From Pseudomonadota bacterium (lineage in GTDB: Bacteria > Desulfobacterota > Desulfobacteria > Desulfobacterales > RPRI01): a stretch of 64,000 nucleotides of DNA. Below, one piece after another: positions 1 to 8,756 of the stretch. Below the pieces are notes generated by a model that searched no databases, had not been told where the DNA came from, and saw only the letters and a program-made list of their open reading frames with translations. How positions within the stretch are numbered: the first letter of the stretch is position 1; each line of letters opens with the position of its first letter. The DNA lies in contig JBDRRF010000079.1 of the NCBI GenBank assembly GCA_043825875.1, forward strand, positions 96,001 through 160,000, written 5' to 3'. The translations under genes were made by a program, and so were the position numbers.

Positions 1-1
1 A

Positions 2-148
2 GCTCACGGTTTAAAGCCATTGATGACGGTGGACGTATGGGAACATGCTTATTATCTTGATTATCAAAACAAACGTAATGAATACCTTGACGCATTCATC
101 GAAAACTTTATCAACTGGGATTTTGTCAACTCTAATCTCGATAGTTAG
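2..148 (+). CDS. sod: Fe/Mn superoxide dismutase, C-terminal fragment (runs off the window start)
   Basis: Manual translation from nt 2: [48 protein letters not shown]; contains the DxWEHAYY signature. Confidence 0.95.
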   Translation, partial: AHGLKPLMTVDVWEHAYYLDYQNKRNEYLDAFIENFINWDFVNSNLDS

Positions 149-293
149 TGTCCGGCCAGAAATGGTAGATTGCGGTTCAGATCAAGGCCGCAGTGTTTTT
201 GAAAACTCAGGCGTAACGGGGGCTTACGTCGAGTATTTCAAAAACGCGAGAACGCAGATATGTGTCGCAAGATGCCGTTTATGGATGGATACT
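147..293 (+). mobile_element. MITE family A, copy 1
   Basis: Imperfect TIRs AGTGTCCGGCCA...TGGATGGATACT; TSD AGTT at 143-146 and 294-297; homologous to 4048-4192 and 61269-61413. Confidence 0.9.
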
Positions 294-338
294 AGTTAGT
301 TACAAGATTTATAGCAACATTGAGGAGGCCTGCTGCTA

Positions 339-800
339 ATGAATGACAGTATAATATGTTTTACCCTTGGATTAACACAAACGGATATACAGGCCGGAAT
401 GGCGGCCTTTTCTGAAATGACACAGGGATCAAACGTACTGGAAGTAATCCCTGTCACAGAAGATTTGTTTGCCAAAACCGTAGGCGATGTGATTGAAGAA
501 AAGGTTAAGATATTATCTGAAAACAAAGCAGCAAAGCCTTCTGCCGATTGCAACCGCAAAACTCCAGCATCCGGCAATTACCGTATGGTACTGATAAATT
601 CGGAAGATAAAGAGCAGGTAATACAGATCCTAAGAAGTTATAAACAGGTGTTGCCTGATCCGCAGGATGTGATTATTGCTATGATCACAGAAACAGCCCG
701 AACATGGAAATTTATAGATTATCTTATGCACCTTGATAAAGAACACGAATACAGAATAACCCATCCTCCACAAAATGACCCGGATATGAAACGGATGTAA
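339..800 (+). CDS. DUF3783-like hypothetical protein
   Basis: 153-aa ORF with GAGGAGG RBS; C-terminal AMITETARTWKFIDYLMHLDKEH resembles the DUF3783 pattern. Confidence 0.6.
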   Translation: MNDSIICFTLGLTQTDIQAGMAAFSEMTQGSNVLEVIPVTEDLFAKTVGDVIEEKVKILSENKAAKPSADCNRKTPASGNYRMVLINSEDKEQVIQILRSYKQVLPDPQDVIIAMITETARTWKFIDYLMHLDKEHEYRITHPPQNDPDMKRM

Positions 801-834
801 AATCCACGCAAAAGACAGAAAAGGATATTACGCT

Positions 835-1833
835 CTATTCGAAATAAATAACAAATTCCATATCCGGTGTTTTGTTATATGAAGCAGGTTTGTCTTTCCA
901 GAACCAGACCACAGCCTTGGCCGGCCAGCCTGTGATACTGATATCATCTGTTGGCGGAGTGCTTGGGCTAACATTATTGCATCCTCCGGGATACCCACAA
1001 CTACCTCCTCTGTGTATAAAATGCTTTATAGCAACAGGCTCATTGGGCTTATTCTCTTTTGAGATATTAGTTGAATTATCATACGAAACATAAACATAGT
1101 TGAGGTTAAAGTCCCTGGCATTGTAAAATAAAAAGCTGAATTGTTGTTTATAGCTAAGTTGAGCGCATTCTTTATTATAGTATACTTCCGCTTTCTTAAG
1201 CGCAGGATACCATCGCAGATCATGAGGTTCACAGTAAACAGGGAATTTATCGCTTCCCAGTTCTTCTTCGGGAACAACCGCCATATTCCATGAATGCAAA
1301 AGATCAGGTACTGCCAGAAGATATGGATTAAGTATGGAAAGTGACTGCGCTGATGGGCCTTCAATACTTCTATCGCCCTTGCCATATGAAAATCCATTAA
1401 ATCCCCACCATGGTCTTCCGTCTTCAATCTGACCAAAAACTGTCCGTGAAGGAATATAGTCGCCTTCAATGAGTTCCGGATATTGATCAACAGCATCTGT
1501 CCTCAGGTTATATACTTCCGATTTGGACATAAAATCCAGATCCATAACAGGATTCAGATTTATATATATTTCTTCTTCTGATGCAAAGTCGCCAATGGCA
1601 AGCTGATTTGTGGTTTTCTGAATTTTAGCAAGAGCATTTTTACTTGCAGCAGGTGTTTTTTGAATTACAGCAGAAACAGATTCTTGTTCGGCCGGATGCT
1701 TCCGTAGTAATGGGTAAGCAATTACCGCCAATACAACAAGAGCGATAAATAATATTAAAGTAACAATGCTCATACCGCTTTGGCCAGACGATTCAACTCG
1801 CTTTGCATTCGTTTTTACAGGATATATATCCAT
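835..1833 (-). CDS. Membrane-anchored exported hypothetical protein
   Basis: Long ORF; likely start MDIYPV after AGGGAGAG; one N-terminal TM helix; conserved-looking HRGGSCGYPGGCNNVSP motif. Confidence 0.7.
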   Translation of the reverse strand: MDIYPVKTNAKRVESSGQSGMSIVTLILFIALVVLAVIAYPLLRKHPAEQESVSAVIQKTPAASKNALAKIQKTTNQLAIGDFASEEEIYINLNPVMDLDFMSKSEVYNLRTDAVDQYPELIEGDYIPSRTVFGQIEDGRPWWGFNGFSYGKGDRSIEGPSAQSLSILNPYLLAVPDLLHSWNMAVVPEEELGSDKFPVYCEPHDLRWYPALKKAEVYYNKECAQLSYKQQFSFLFYNARDFNLNYVYVSYDNSTNISKENKPNEPVAIKHFIHRGGSCGYPGGCNNVSPSTPPTDDISITGWPAKAVVWFWKDKPASYNKTPDMEFVIYFE

Positions 1834-1888
1834 ATTGTCATCTCTCCCTACAAGGCAAACCACATAAATTAATGAAGTCAAAAATGCT

Positions 1889-2520
1889 CTACTTGGCATC
1901 CCAGCAATAACCCAGAATCAACCCAACATGAAAACCTCCCGCATTACGATTTTCATCGTATAAATTTATTTTTGCATCAGAGGCAAATCCATTCCCACAT
2001 TGAAATGACGGCCAAAGGTTTTGTATATTCCCAAAGCCCCCCAGTATCCAAATCCCGCGTCATCTTCATCATCTGTATCCCGATAATAACCACTAAGATT
2101 ATCTTCTCTTGTTATCTCAACGCCGCCATAGATTACAGCGCCACCCCCGGCCACATAAATATTCCAGTTTTTGGGAAGAAGCCATATTTTTTTCAGCCCA
2201 AGATTTAATTCGGCAGTATAACCTTCTTCAGCATAATAAGTGTATCTATAGCGGTCGTCTCTCCAGGAGTCATCATAATCTGAAGTACTGTCACTTGAAT
2301 AAAACAGGTTGGCAACCAGGCTGACAGGCCAATCTTTTTGCCTGGCATCAGCCATAATTCCTATCTCAAATTGTTCATCAAACTTGCCCCAGTCATTTTC
2401 TTCCAGAAATTTCCCACCTAATACGGCATTTACATTAAACGACCATTGCTGTGCCATCAGGCTATGCGGAACCAATAATAAAGATAAAACTAAAAAACCT
2501 GCATATAATATTTTTTTCAT
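1889..2520 (-). pseudogene. Outer-membrane beta-barrel protein, frameshifted near the 3' end
   Basis: Signal peptide MKKILYAG...; frame breaks after MDL (about nt 1982); another frame continues SDAKINLYDENRNAGGFHVGLILGYCWDAK*, a typical last beta-strand. Confidence 0.75.
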
Positions 2521-2539
2521 GTTTATATCTCCCGATGTT

Positions 2540-2740
2540 TTATTCTTTTCTTTGTACCAAGGCATCTTTAATATCTTGCAACTCTTTTAATAACGTTTTT
2601 GTGGTTATGTTATTTTTATACGCCATTATAATCAGTTTTACAGAAACAAGAAACACACCAGCTTCCAAAAGCAAATCGTGAGTAAGGCCTTTGGTAAACA
2701 ATGCCAATACAAAAAGCACAAAAGTAATCGCTATAATCAC
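2540..2740 (-). CDS. Small two-TM membrane protein
   Basis: 66-aa hydrophobic ORF (KGLTHDLLLEAGVFLVSVKLI); start uncertain. Confidence 0.6.
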   Translation of the reverse strand: MIIAITFVLFVLALFTKGLTHDLLLEAGVFLVSVKLIIMAYKNNITTKTLLKELQDIKDALVQRKE

Positions 2741-2812
2741 TGAAGATCCGGTAATCAGAATTATATTTTGACAAAAGCTCTAAAGGCCAGAAACAAAGAG
2801 TACAATTTATTA

Positions 2813-3051
2813 CTATTGCATTGTATCTTTCTCATTTGTTTTTAATAATTCCTGCCTTTCCTTTTTATACTGATCATACGTGGGAAGCTCTTTGCCAGGT
2901 GGTGGCGCTGCATTGACGCGCTTTGTTTCTTGTAATTTATTTGCCCCTTCATAGACACCTCTGTAAACTCCTTCACGAACCTTTGTATTTTTTGTACAAG
3001 AAATAAAGAAGCAAATTAAATGGTAATTAAAAATATCAATACTCTTTTCAT
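2813..3051 (-). pseudogene. Small lipoprotein, frameshifted in the signal peptide
   Basis: MKRVLIFLITI* then, in a shifted frame, LICFFISCTKNTKVREGVYRGVYEGANKLQ...PTYDQYKKERQELL...*; ATG overlaps the GNAT TGA stop. Confidence 0.65.
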
Positions 3052-3518
3052 AATAGATATCCTTTTTTATAAATCTTTTCCATATATAGAATTTCTATAT
3101 GGTCGCAATCATAACCACCCGTTTTATAGATAGTATAACCTAATTTTTGATAAAGATGTATATTATTATCGCTTTTAGAACCTACAAAAAGCTCAAATCT
3201 TTTTGGGGTAAAATGCTTTTCAATTTCTTTCATTAAAGTTGCTCCGATACCTTGGTTTTGCATATCAGGAAGCACTGCTAACTTGCCGACATAACACGTT
3301 CCATCTTCTTCATACGCTCTTACAGTTCCGATAATTTGTTGTTCAGAAACAGCTTTTAAAATTATATGTGTATTAAATTGTTCTTTTATTTCAGCAACTG
3401 TCTGTTTAAGGGGAGGTATATTATAATCGTTATAGCGTTTGGCCTCAATTTGATAAGCCAATTTCTGCAATTTCAATACTTCTTCTGCATCAGTAATTTT
3501 TGCTTGTAAGATTTCCAT
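3048..3518 (-). CDS. GNAT family N-acetyltransferase
   Basis: Motif A (LAVLPDMQNQGIGATLM) and LYQKLGY; start moved to MEILQAK because the upstream MPNKTVEL codons are attC sequence. Confidence 0.9.
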   Translation of the reverse strand: MEILQAKITDAEEVLKLQKLAYQIEAKRYNDYNIPPLKQTVAEIKEQFNTHIILKAVSEQQIIGTVRAYEEDGTCYVGKLAVLPDMQNQGIGATLMKEIEKHFTPKRFELFVGSKSDNNIHLYQKLGYTIYKTGGYDCDHIEILYMEKIYKKGYLL

Positions 3519-3530
3519 ATAAATAGCCCG

Positions 3531-3555
3531 GACTAACTCAACCGTTTTGTTCGGC
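3531..3555 (-). other. Collapsed attC-like site
   Basis: Minus strand GCCGAAC-AAAACG-GTTGA-GTTAGTC: R'' and the start of L'' joined directly to a GTT core; central arms missing. Confidence 0.45.
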
Positions 3556-3777
3556 ATTTTCAGTTTGCCATTTCATTTGCAGTTTTCTTTGATTAACAGA
3601 GCAATCTCGAAGATAAAGGTTTATTAAGTTTTGGTAAGGAATGCCCAAATCTTCCGACATAGACTTGAAATATGAGATGGTATCACGATCAAGCCGAATA
3701 GTTACCGGTTGTTTTAAATGTTTTATATAGGGATTTTTACGGCCCTTCATTTTGGAAAAATCATAATGGTCTCTCAT
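3538..3777 (-). CDS. brnA: BrnA-family antitoxin
   Basis: MRDHYDFS...KQPVTIRLDRDTISYFK...GIPYQNLINLYLRDC; ATG overlaps the toxin-remnant stop (ATGA). Confidence 0.85.
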   Translation of the reverse strand: MRDHYDFSKMKGRKNPYIKHLKQPVTIRLDRDTISYFKSMSEDLGIPYQNLINLYLRDCSVNQRKLQMKWQTENAEQNG

Positions 3778-3899
3778 TTTCTGTATCTCCAATAATCTTT
3801 TTCTTCATCGCCATCCGCTTTTCTGGCAGATATAATTCTAAACTTTTTAATTTTAGCCTTTTCTTTCTGTTTATTCCATTAAAAACGTAGCTCAGCTAT
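3774..3899 (-). pseudogene. brnT: BrnT-family toxin remnant
   Basis: IAELRF*WNKQKEKAKIKK joined to FRIISARKADGDEEKDYWRYRK*: internal stop, no ATG, central part deleted; RIISARKA is the BrnT signature. Confidence 0.8.
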
Positions 3900-4047
3900 A
3901 TGTACATTGTACTTATAATTATGAAAATGTAAAGATTGAAGATTCCCAGTTGAAGCAACGGGATTAGGACTCGTTTTTGCGGTACAAGTTTAATCCGAAC
4001 ATGCCGGTTTTCTTTTCCCATTATCTTCCAAAATTCACTTTATAACT

Positions 4048-4192
4048 AGTGCCCACCCATAAACGGCATCTTGCGACCCATATCTGCGTTCTCGCATTTT
4101 TGAAATACTCGACGTAAGCCCATTACGCCTGCGTTTTCAAAAATGCTGCGGCCTTGATCTGAACCGCAATCTACCCTTTCCGGATGGACACT
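4048..4192 (-). mobile_element. MITE family A, copy 2 (opposite orientation to copy 1)
   Basis: Reverse-complement homolog of 147-293; flanks AACT/AACG (3 of 4 TSD match). Confidence 0.9.
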
Positions 4193-4359
4193 AACGATCA
4201 GATTCATTAAAAGTATCATTATGGAATCACATATAGAGAAAAATTAATATTTGATAAAACAGGACAATATGAGTTATAGTTTTATGAAAGTGATTTTTGA
4301 GCAACATTTTTTAAATGTCTTTGAATCCAAACAAATGCAATAGAAAGGGGAAGGTAACT

Positions 4360-5412
4360 ATGCAAAGAGAAGCTATGAGCGATGTGCAGTTGTCTGAGGA
4401 CTTAAACCATGATGTTGACATGCCACAAGGTGACTATATGGAAGATTTTGCTCAACTTGTTATAGCAGAGTCAGAAGATTATGACCTTTGCTTCATACCT
4501 AATTTATGGCATGTCGGCGGAGGAAAGAGCGGCTATTGGCAAGTTGATAAGGCATTGATGATCCAGACAACTTTTATGATGATCCCCAAAAACAAACGTG
4601 GCAAAATACATAACAACGAATTTATAGGCAACCGCTTAGATCCCAAAGATTGGGCCGACACAGATTTTTCAATCAAGCAGGTCGGAGATTCAATAGTCTG
4701 GAACACAAAAAAAATGGAATTTATTTCCCGACCTCCCTATTGGGAAATTAAGGGCGATCACATGGGCATTCAGTACAATATGCTTTTTGGAGGTATTGGC
4801 AAAGCAATCAGAAGTGGCGGCCTTTGGGAAGACTTGCCTAAGACGCTTCGCGCCGGTTATGATCATTTCTGTTGGGTTGAAGGTGATATAACCGTCGGAG
4901 GCAAGAAACATGTTCTAAAAAATGCTTATGGGCTTCATGAAAGATTAACATTCGGAAAAACATATGACCCGGTTACATCAATGCGTAAACCATACAACTG
5001 GGTTTTGGGTATGAATGACAAATATCGTATATACTTCTTCGTTTTACCGGGAGAGGAAAAAATAGGGCAAGGTCAAATCTCTATCAATGATGAAAAGCTT
5101 ACATTCGGCCTGGGAGATATTTCGGTAAAGGATTTGGAATTGTGGATAGATCCGCTTACAGGGATGCAGGTTCCTTGCAGATGGGAATTCAAGCTGAACT
5201 CTAAAGATGGCAAAGTAAACCTGGAAATTGCAGCAGGAGGAAGAAGCATATTTACTGTAACATCACACACAGGAACTACTGTTCGCTATGCATATTCATG
5301 TATAATCAACGGCCAGGCAATTTTTGCAGATGGCCGCAAAGCTGATATCAATGATGTCATGGCATATATGGAATGGGGGAAATCGTCTTTCCCACTTCAG
5401 GCCGGTATTTAA
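4360..5412 (+). CDS. Hypothetical beta-rich protein, possibly AttH/CrtC lipocalin-like fold
   Basis: Long ORF; likely start MQREAMS after a purine-rich RBS; WIDPLTGMQVPCRWEF and final YMEW resemble the AttH-like family. Confidence 0.55.
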   Translation: MQREAMSDVQLSEDLNHDVDMPQGDYMEDFAQLVIAESEDYDLCFIPNLWHVGGGKSGYWQVDKALMIQTTFMMIPKNKRGKIHNNEFIGNRLDPKDWADTDFSIKQVGDSIVWNTKKMEFISRPPYWEIKGDHMGIQYNMLFGGIGKAIRSGGLWEDLPKTLRAGYDHFCWVEGDITVGGKKHVLKNAYGLHERLTFGKTYDPVTSMRKPYNWVLGMNDKYRIYFFVLPGEEKIGQGQISINDEKLTFGLGDISVKDLELWIDPLTGMQVPCRWEFKLNSKDGKVNLEIAAGGRSIFTVTSHTGTTVRYAYSCIINGQAIFADGRKADINDVMAYMEWGKSSFPLQAGI

Positions 5413-5470
5413 TGAGCACATAGATGTTGCGTATGAGAATATAGTTTATAACGGTATTATAAATTTTCAA

Positions 5471-5803
5471 TTACTTCGCTTTATAGCGATCAGACTCATT
5501 AAAAAAAGTAATGTCCGCATATCCGGCATAGATTTTTCCCGAATGTTTTGTATTTTCGGGAATGAAGTAAATATCACCCTTACTATACTCTCTTTTGACT
5601 CCATCTATTGTTAATTCAATTTTTCCGCTAAGAACGAATCCTACCTGGGCAGCATGAGAGTGCTCAGGTAGATTTGCATCTTTTTCAAACTGCATAAATA
5701 TCAACTGATGATTAGAAGCCTGCGATAAATACGCCTTGATACCATCGATTGGTATATCAGCTTCCGGTAAATTTATTATTGGTTCTGGAAATATGTTTTT
5801 CAT
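5471..5803 (-). CDS. Cupin-domain protein (gene cassette)
   Basis: LPEHSHAAQVGFVLSG...GDIYFIPENTKHSG cupin motifs. Confidence 0.9.
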   Translation of the reverse strand: MKNIFPEPIINLPEADIPIDGIKAYLSQASNHQLIFMQFEKDANLPEHSHAAQVGFVLSGKIELTIDGVKREYSKGDIYFIPENTKHSGKIYAGYADITFFNESDRYKAK

Positions 5804-5815
5804 TTTAACCCTCTT

Positions 5816-5885
5816 TCACAACTTACCCTTCGCCTTTGCAAAGGAATGAAGTACGGGCTCCAATAGATGGAGTAGTTGGTTATCT
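5816..5885 (-). other. Degenerate attC site
   Basis: Minus strand R'' AGATAAC just after the upstream stop, and R' GTTGTGA before the cupin RBS; arms poorly paired. Confidence 0.45.
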
Positions 5886-5894
5886 GACTTTTTA

Positions 5895-6499
5895 TTAGAA
5901 CCCGGACCGTTTGCCGGTCATACTTGTGACTTCAATTTTAATCACAGATGTTTTATCGATAGTACTATCTGTGAATTGGAATAAGTTTTCCGAATATTGG
6001 CTCATAATAATGTTTAATGCTTTTCTTTTCTGCTCGTGATTATCAATAATAAATGCTTTACCAAAGCCAATTACACTCTGATATTTCATGCCCCACTCGC
6101 AGGTATTTTTGCCTTTTACAACCTCAACATCTATATCAAATTCAAAACAAATATTATTATTTTTCCGAGCCAGTTTCAAAACGCCCCATTTTGGCCGATC
6201 TCTGCGTTGGGCTTAAATTTCAATCCTCGAAATACTCAATGTATTCCTGTGGTTGAAATTTTCTCCCGCCTTGAGCTTGACCAAACTGAAACGTTTTGAA
6301 AGTGGCTCTTCCGTAAAATATTTATTTTCTTTCCTTTCAAAGAACCATGGACATAAATCGTATTGTCCCGGTATCCAAAGCATAAGGGCACAATATACGG
6401 AATGTTATCATCGGCCAATCCAACACGACAAACAATCAATCTATGAATAACAGCTTCGATTTCCGATTTATCAGTAATTTCTTTTTCTTTTCTTCTCAT
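5895..6499 (-). pseudogene. Pyridoxamine 5'-phosphate oxidase-like / NimA-family protein interrupted by a MITE
   Basis: MRRKEKEITD...PYIVPLCFGY...; removing 6167-6308 plus one TTCC restores KKINILRKNNNICFEFD in frame. Confidence 0.9.
6167..6308 (-). mobile_element. MITE family B, copy 1
   Basis: TIRs GAGCCAGTTTCAAAACG / CGTTTTGAAAGTGGCTC; TSD TTCC at 6163-6166 and 6309-6312. Confidence 0.95.
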
Positions 6500-6520
6500 G
6501 GTTTTTTGTTCTCATTTGGC

Positions 6521-6619
6521 AGATAATATGCGGCCTCCTTCAAAGGCACGTTAACTCCACATTGTGCTTGAGACATAGCGGCCCCGACCCTGCAAATCCG
6601 GTGGTTGGTGTGGTTATAG
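6521..6619 (-). other. Partial attC site
   Basis: Minus strand R'' CTATAAC plus AACCACCGGA L''-like box right after the lepB stop; mutated R' ATTATCT before the next gene; right arm degenerate. Confidence 0.5.
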
Positions 6620-6622
6620 ATA

Positions 6623-7150
6623 TTATTCAATACTTCCGATTCTATTTATAGGCCAATACCTTTTTGTAACTTTAGCAATAATATTTTCTTTAGGTAAAAA
6701 ACCCCAATAACGACTATCTAATGATCTTGTGCTATTATCTCCCAAAACAAAATAATTGTTCTCTGGAACTAATATAGTCTTTCCGATAGCACCATATTCA
6801 CCTGCATTAGTATATGAAATATTTTTAATGTTATCTTGTTCAATTGCCTTTCCATCAATGAACACCGATCCATTCTTAATTTCAATGGTTTCACCACCTA
6901 AAGCTAAAATTCTTTTCACCCAATGCTTTTCAGGATCTTTGGGATAACGGAATACTATTATATCGCCTCTTTTGGGAATATTATCTTTATAATACATAAA
7001 ATCAGCTATTATGCGATCACCCTTATTTATTGTAGGTTGCATCGATGATGCGGCCATTTTATATGGCTTTACATTCAATGGATTATTGCATCCAATAATT
7101 GCCATTAAAACGATTGGTAATAAAACTAATTTAGCTGCTTTAAGATTCAT
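6623..7150 (-). CDS. lepB: Signal peptidase I (gene cassette)
   Basis: SSMQPT (catalytic Ser), RGDIIVF, WVKRI (catalytic Lys), YFVLGDNSTRSLDSRYWG. Confidence 0.92.
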   Translation of the reverse strand: MNLKAAKLVLLPIVLMAIIGCNNPLNVKPYKMAASSMQPTINKGDRIIADFMYYKDNIPKRGDIIVFRYPKDPEKHWVKRILALGGETIEIKNGSVFIDGKAIEQDNIKNISYTNAGEYGAIGKTILVPENNYFVLGDNSTRSLDSRYWGFLPKENIIAKVTKRYWPINRIGSIE

Positions 7151-7273
7151 AAGTAACGCTCAAAATCACCAGTGGCAAGGTTGAAACTGAATTTCGTGGT
7201 GCCAAACTCCGATAAAGGTGATGTACATGAAGGAAACCGGCTTATTGCCATCTGTTGCATTGTGTTGTTATCT
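7151..7273 (-). other. attC site, canonical structure
   Basis: Minus strand AGATAAC-acac-AATGCAACAGATGGCAA...TTGCCACTGGTGATT-ttgagc-GTTACTT; arms pair with two extrahelical bases. Confidence 0.85.
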
Positions 7274-7287
7274 GCCGTTTGGCAGTA

Positions 7288-7629
7288 TCATTCATTATTA
7301 ATTATACATGTCGAGCAGTGCGGACACTGTCTACTATTTATTACTTCAAGACCATATTTATATGACAATATTTTATTACATTTTGGACATTTTAATGTAC
7401 TAATCTTTTCATGAAATTTTGTAATAATTAGATAAACAGCAATTTCAGTACCAATGAAAATGCCCGTTTGATAACCTTGGAATATTTCACCTATAGAAGT
7501 TACAAAAAATAATATTGCTTGAAAAGCTAATATAGCAAGAAAAACTATTGTAATTAAAGTATGCCTTTTTTGAAATGAAACATATTTTTCTTTGAAAGAT
7601 TCAATGCTTTCGAATTTCAAAATTTCCAT
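7288..7629 (-). CDS. Hypothetical two-TM protein with a C-terminal zinc ribbon (gene cassette)
   Basis: Two hydrophobic helices, then CPKC...CPHC. Confidence 0.7.
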   Translation of the reverse strand: MEILKFESIESFKEKYVSFQKRHTLITIVFLAILAFQAILFFVTSIGEIFQGYQTGIFIGTEIAVYLIITKFHEKISTLKCPKCNKILSYKYGLEVINSRQCPHCSTCIINNE

Positions 7630-7641
7630 TCCTTATTTAGT

Positions 7642-7696
7642 TGATAATCAAGCTGTGGGGCGGCATGCTGTTTGCCGTCCACACGACATGTTCGGC
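7642..7696 (-). other. Short degenerate attC site
   Basis: Minus strand R'' GCCGAAC; arms TGTGGACGGCA / TGCCGCCCCACA; mutated R' ATTATCA. Confidence 0.65.
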
Positions 7697-7739
7697 GGTT
7701 CATAATCACCTTAATGTATCTGAGCTATTACACTTTGAA

Positions 7740-8597
7740 TCACTCAATATTGGTAAAGCCCGATGTTTGAACAACTATTGGGTTTAACCAAAGAGGGACT
7801 ACAGCTCTATTCTTTGCAAGTTTTTTCAGTGGAGACCAATCCCCATCAGATGGAACGGGTGCCAATGTTAGCGTGTCCCGATCAGGAATAAGAGCAACTA
7901 TACTCTCTTCCGGCTTCAAAAAACTGGGTAGAATAAGAATTCTTGATGCGTCATATGTATCCATGGTCTTGACTACGTTAATTGTATCATTAGATATCAT
8001 CTGGTGTATTGATTCTTCTGGAATAGTTTTTCTAAGATTATCTTTGGCAATTTCAAAGGCTTCTTCTTTAGTAAGCCCCATTTTTGTAAGTGACTCATCA
8101 TCAACATATGCGACACTATTTTCTCTATCAATTACGAGTACTGCATATAGCCCAGAAATACCGAATGAAATTGATGGGATTTTTGTTTTGTTTTGAGACA
8201 CGATATTATCGAGATCAGCCTCTTGCAATAACCGTGGACGCAATCGCTCAACAACCTGTTCTGGATCCAGTTCAATATCGATATTTTTTTCCTTATAAGT
8301 ATTTAGCAATATTTCATATTGTTTCTTCCGTTCTTCTTTATTATCTTCTTTTATTGTAGAAACTTGTTGTAAAAGGTTGTGAAGGAATAAGGTTGATTCA
8401 TCTCCAGTGGCATTATCTCGAATAAGTAACTCTCGTTCGCCCTGAACATCAATAGTTAATTCAGGTTCGTGTTCTTTGAAGAAATCGATAAGTTCCTGTC
8501 GGATCATCTTTCGATATGACTTTGCAGCTCTTGATAGAATGTAAATAATACCTGAGACAGCTAAAAGAATCCAACTCCACCATGGAAAATTCATCAC
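7740..8597 (-). CDS. Hypothetical protein, possibly DUF1444-like (gene cassette)
   Basis: 285 aa; N-terminal TM; EAFEIAKDNL, DTYDASRILIL and ALIPDRDTL motifs. Confidence 0.6.
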   Translation of the reverse strand: MMNFPWWSWILLAVSGIIYILSRAAKSYRKMIRQELIDFFKEHEPELTIDVQGERELLIRDNATGDESTLFLHNLLQQVSTIKEDNKEERKKQYEILLNTYKEKNIDIELDPEQVVERLRPRLLQEADLDNIVSQNKTKIPSISFGISGLYAVLVIDRENSVAYVDDESLTKMGLTKEEAFEIAKDNLRKTIPEESIHQMISNDTINVVKTMDTYDASRILILPSFLKPEESIVALIPDRDTLTLAPVPSDGDWSPLKKLAKNRAVVPLWLNPIVVQTSGFTNIE

Positions 8598-8629
8598 GAG
8601 TTCCTATTTTTATCTAAATCTGTTCATAT

Positions 8630-8756
8630 GCCGAACGCCTAAACTGTGCTGACATGAAGGGTAACAAGATGCTCTAAAGAAAAGAAATAACGCAAATCAA
8701 GGAATAGCTTGTAAAGTCGCACGCCCCTTCATGTCAGCACAGTTTCTTTGTTAGGT
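8630..8756 (-). other. attC site
   Basis: Minus strand R'' ACCTAAC and R' GTTCGGC; perfect 21-bp arms at 8641-8661 and 8725-8745; overlaps the 3' end of the upstream ORF (…KPNKETVLT*). Confidence 0.85.

Noticed and set aside
45..299. 84-aa ORF (also 61195-61398, 25346-25594 and the C-terminus of 6236-6499)
   Set aside because: These read through MITE sequence; the similar peptides recur only because the repeat recurs.
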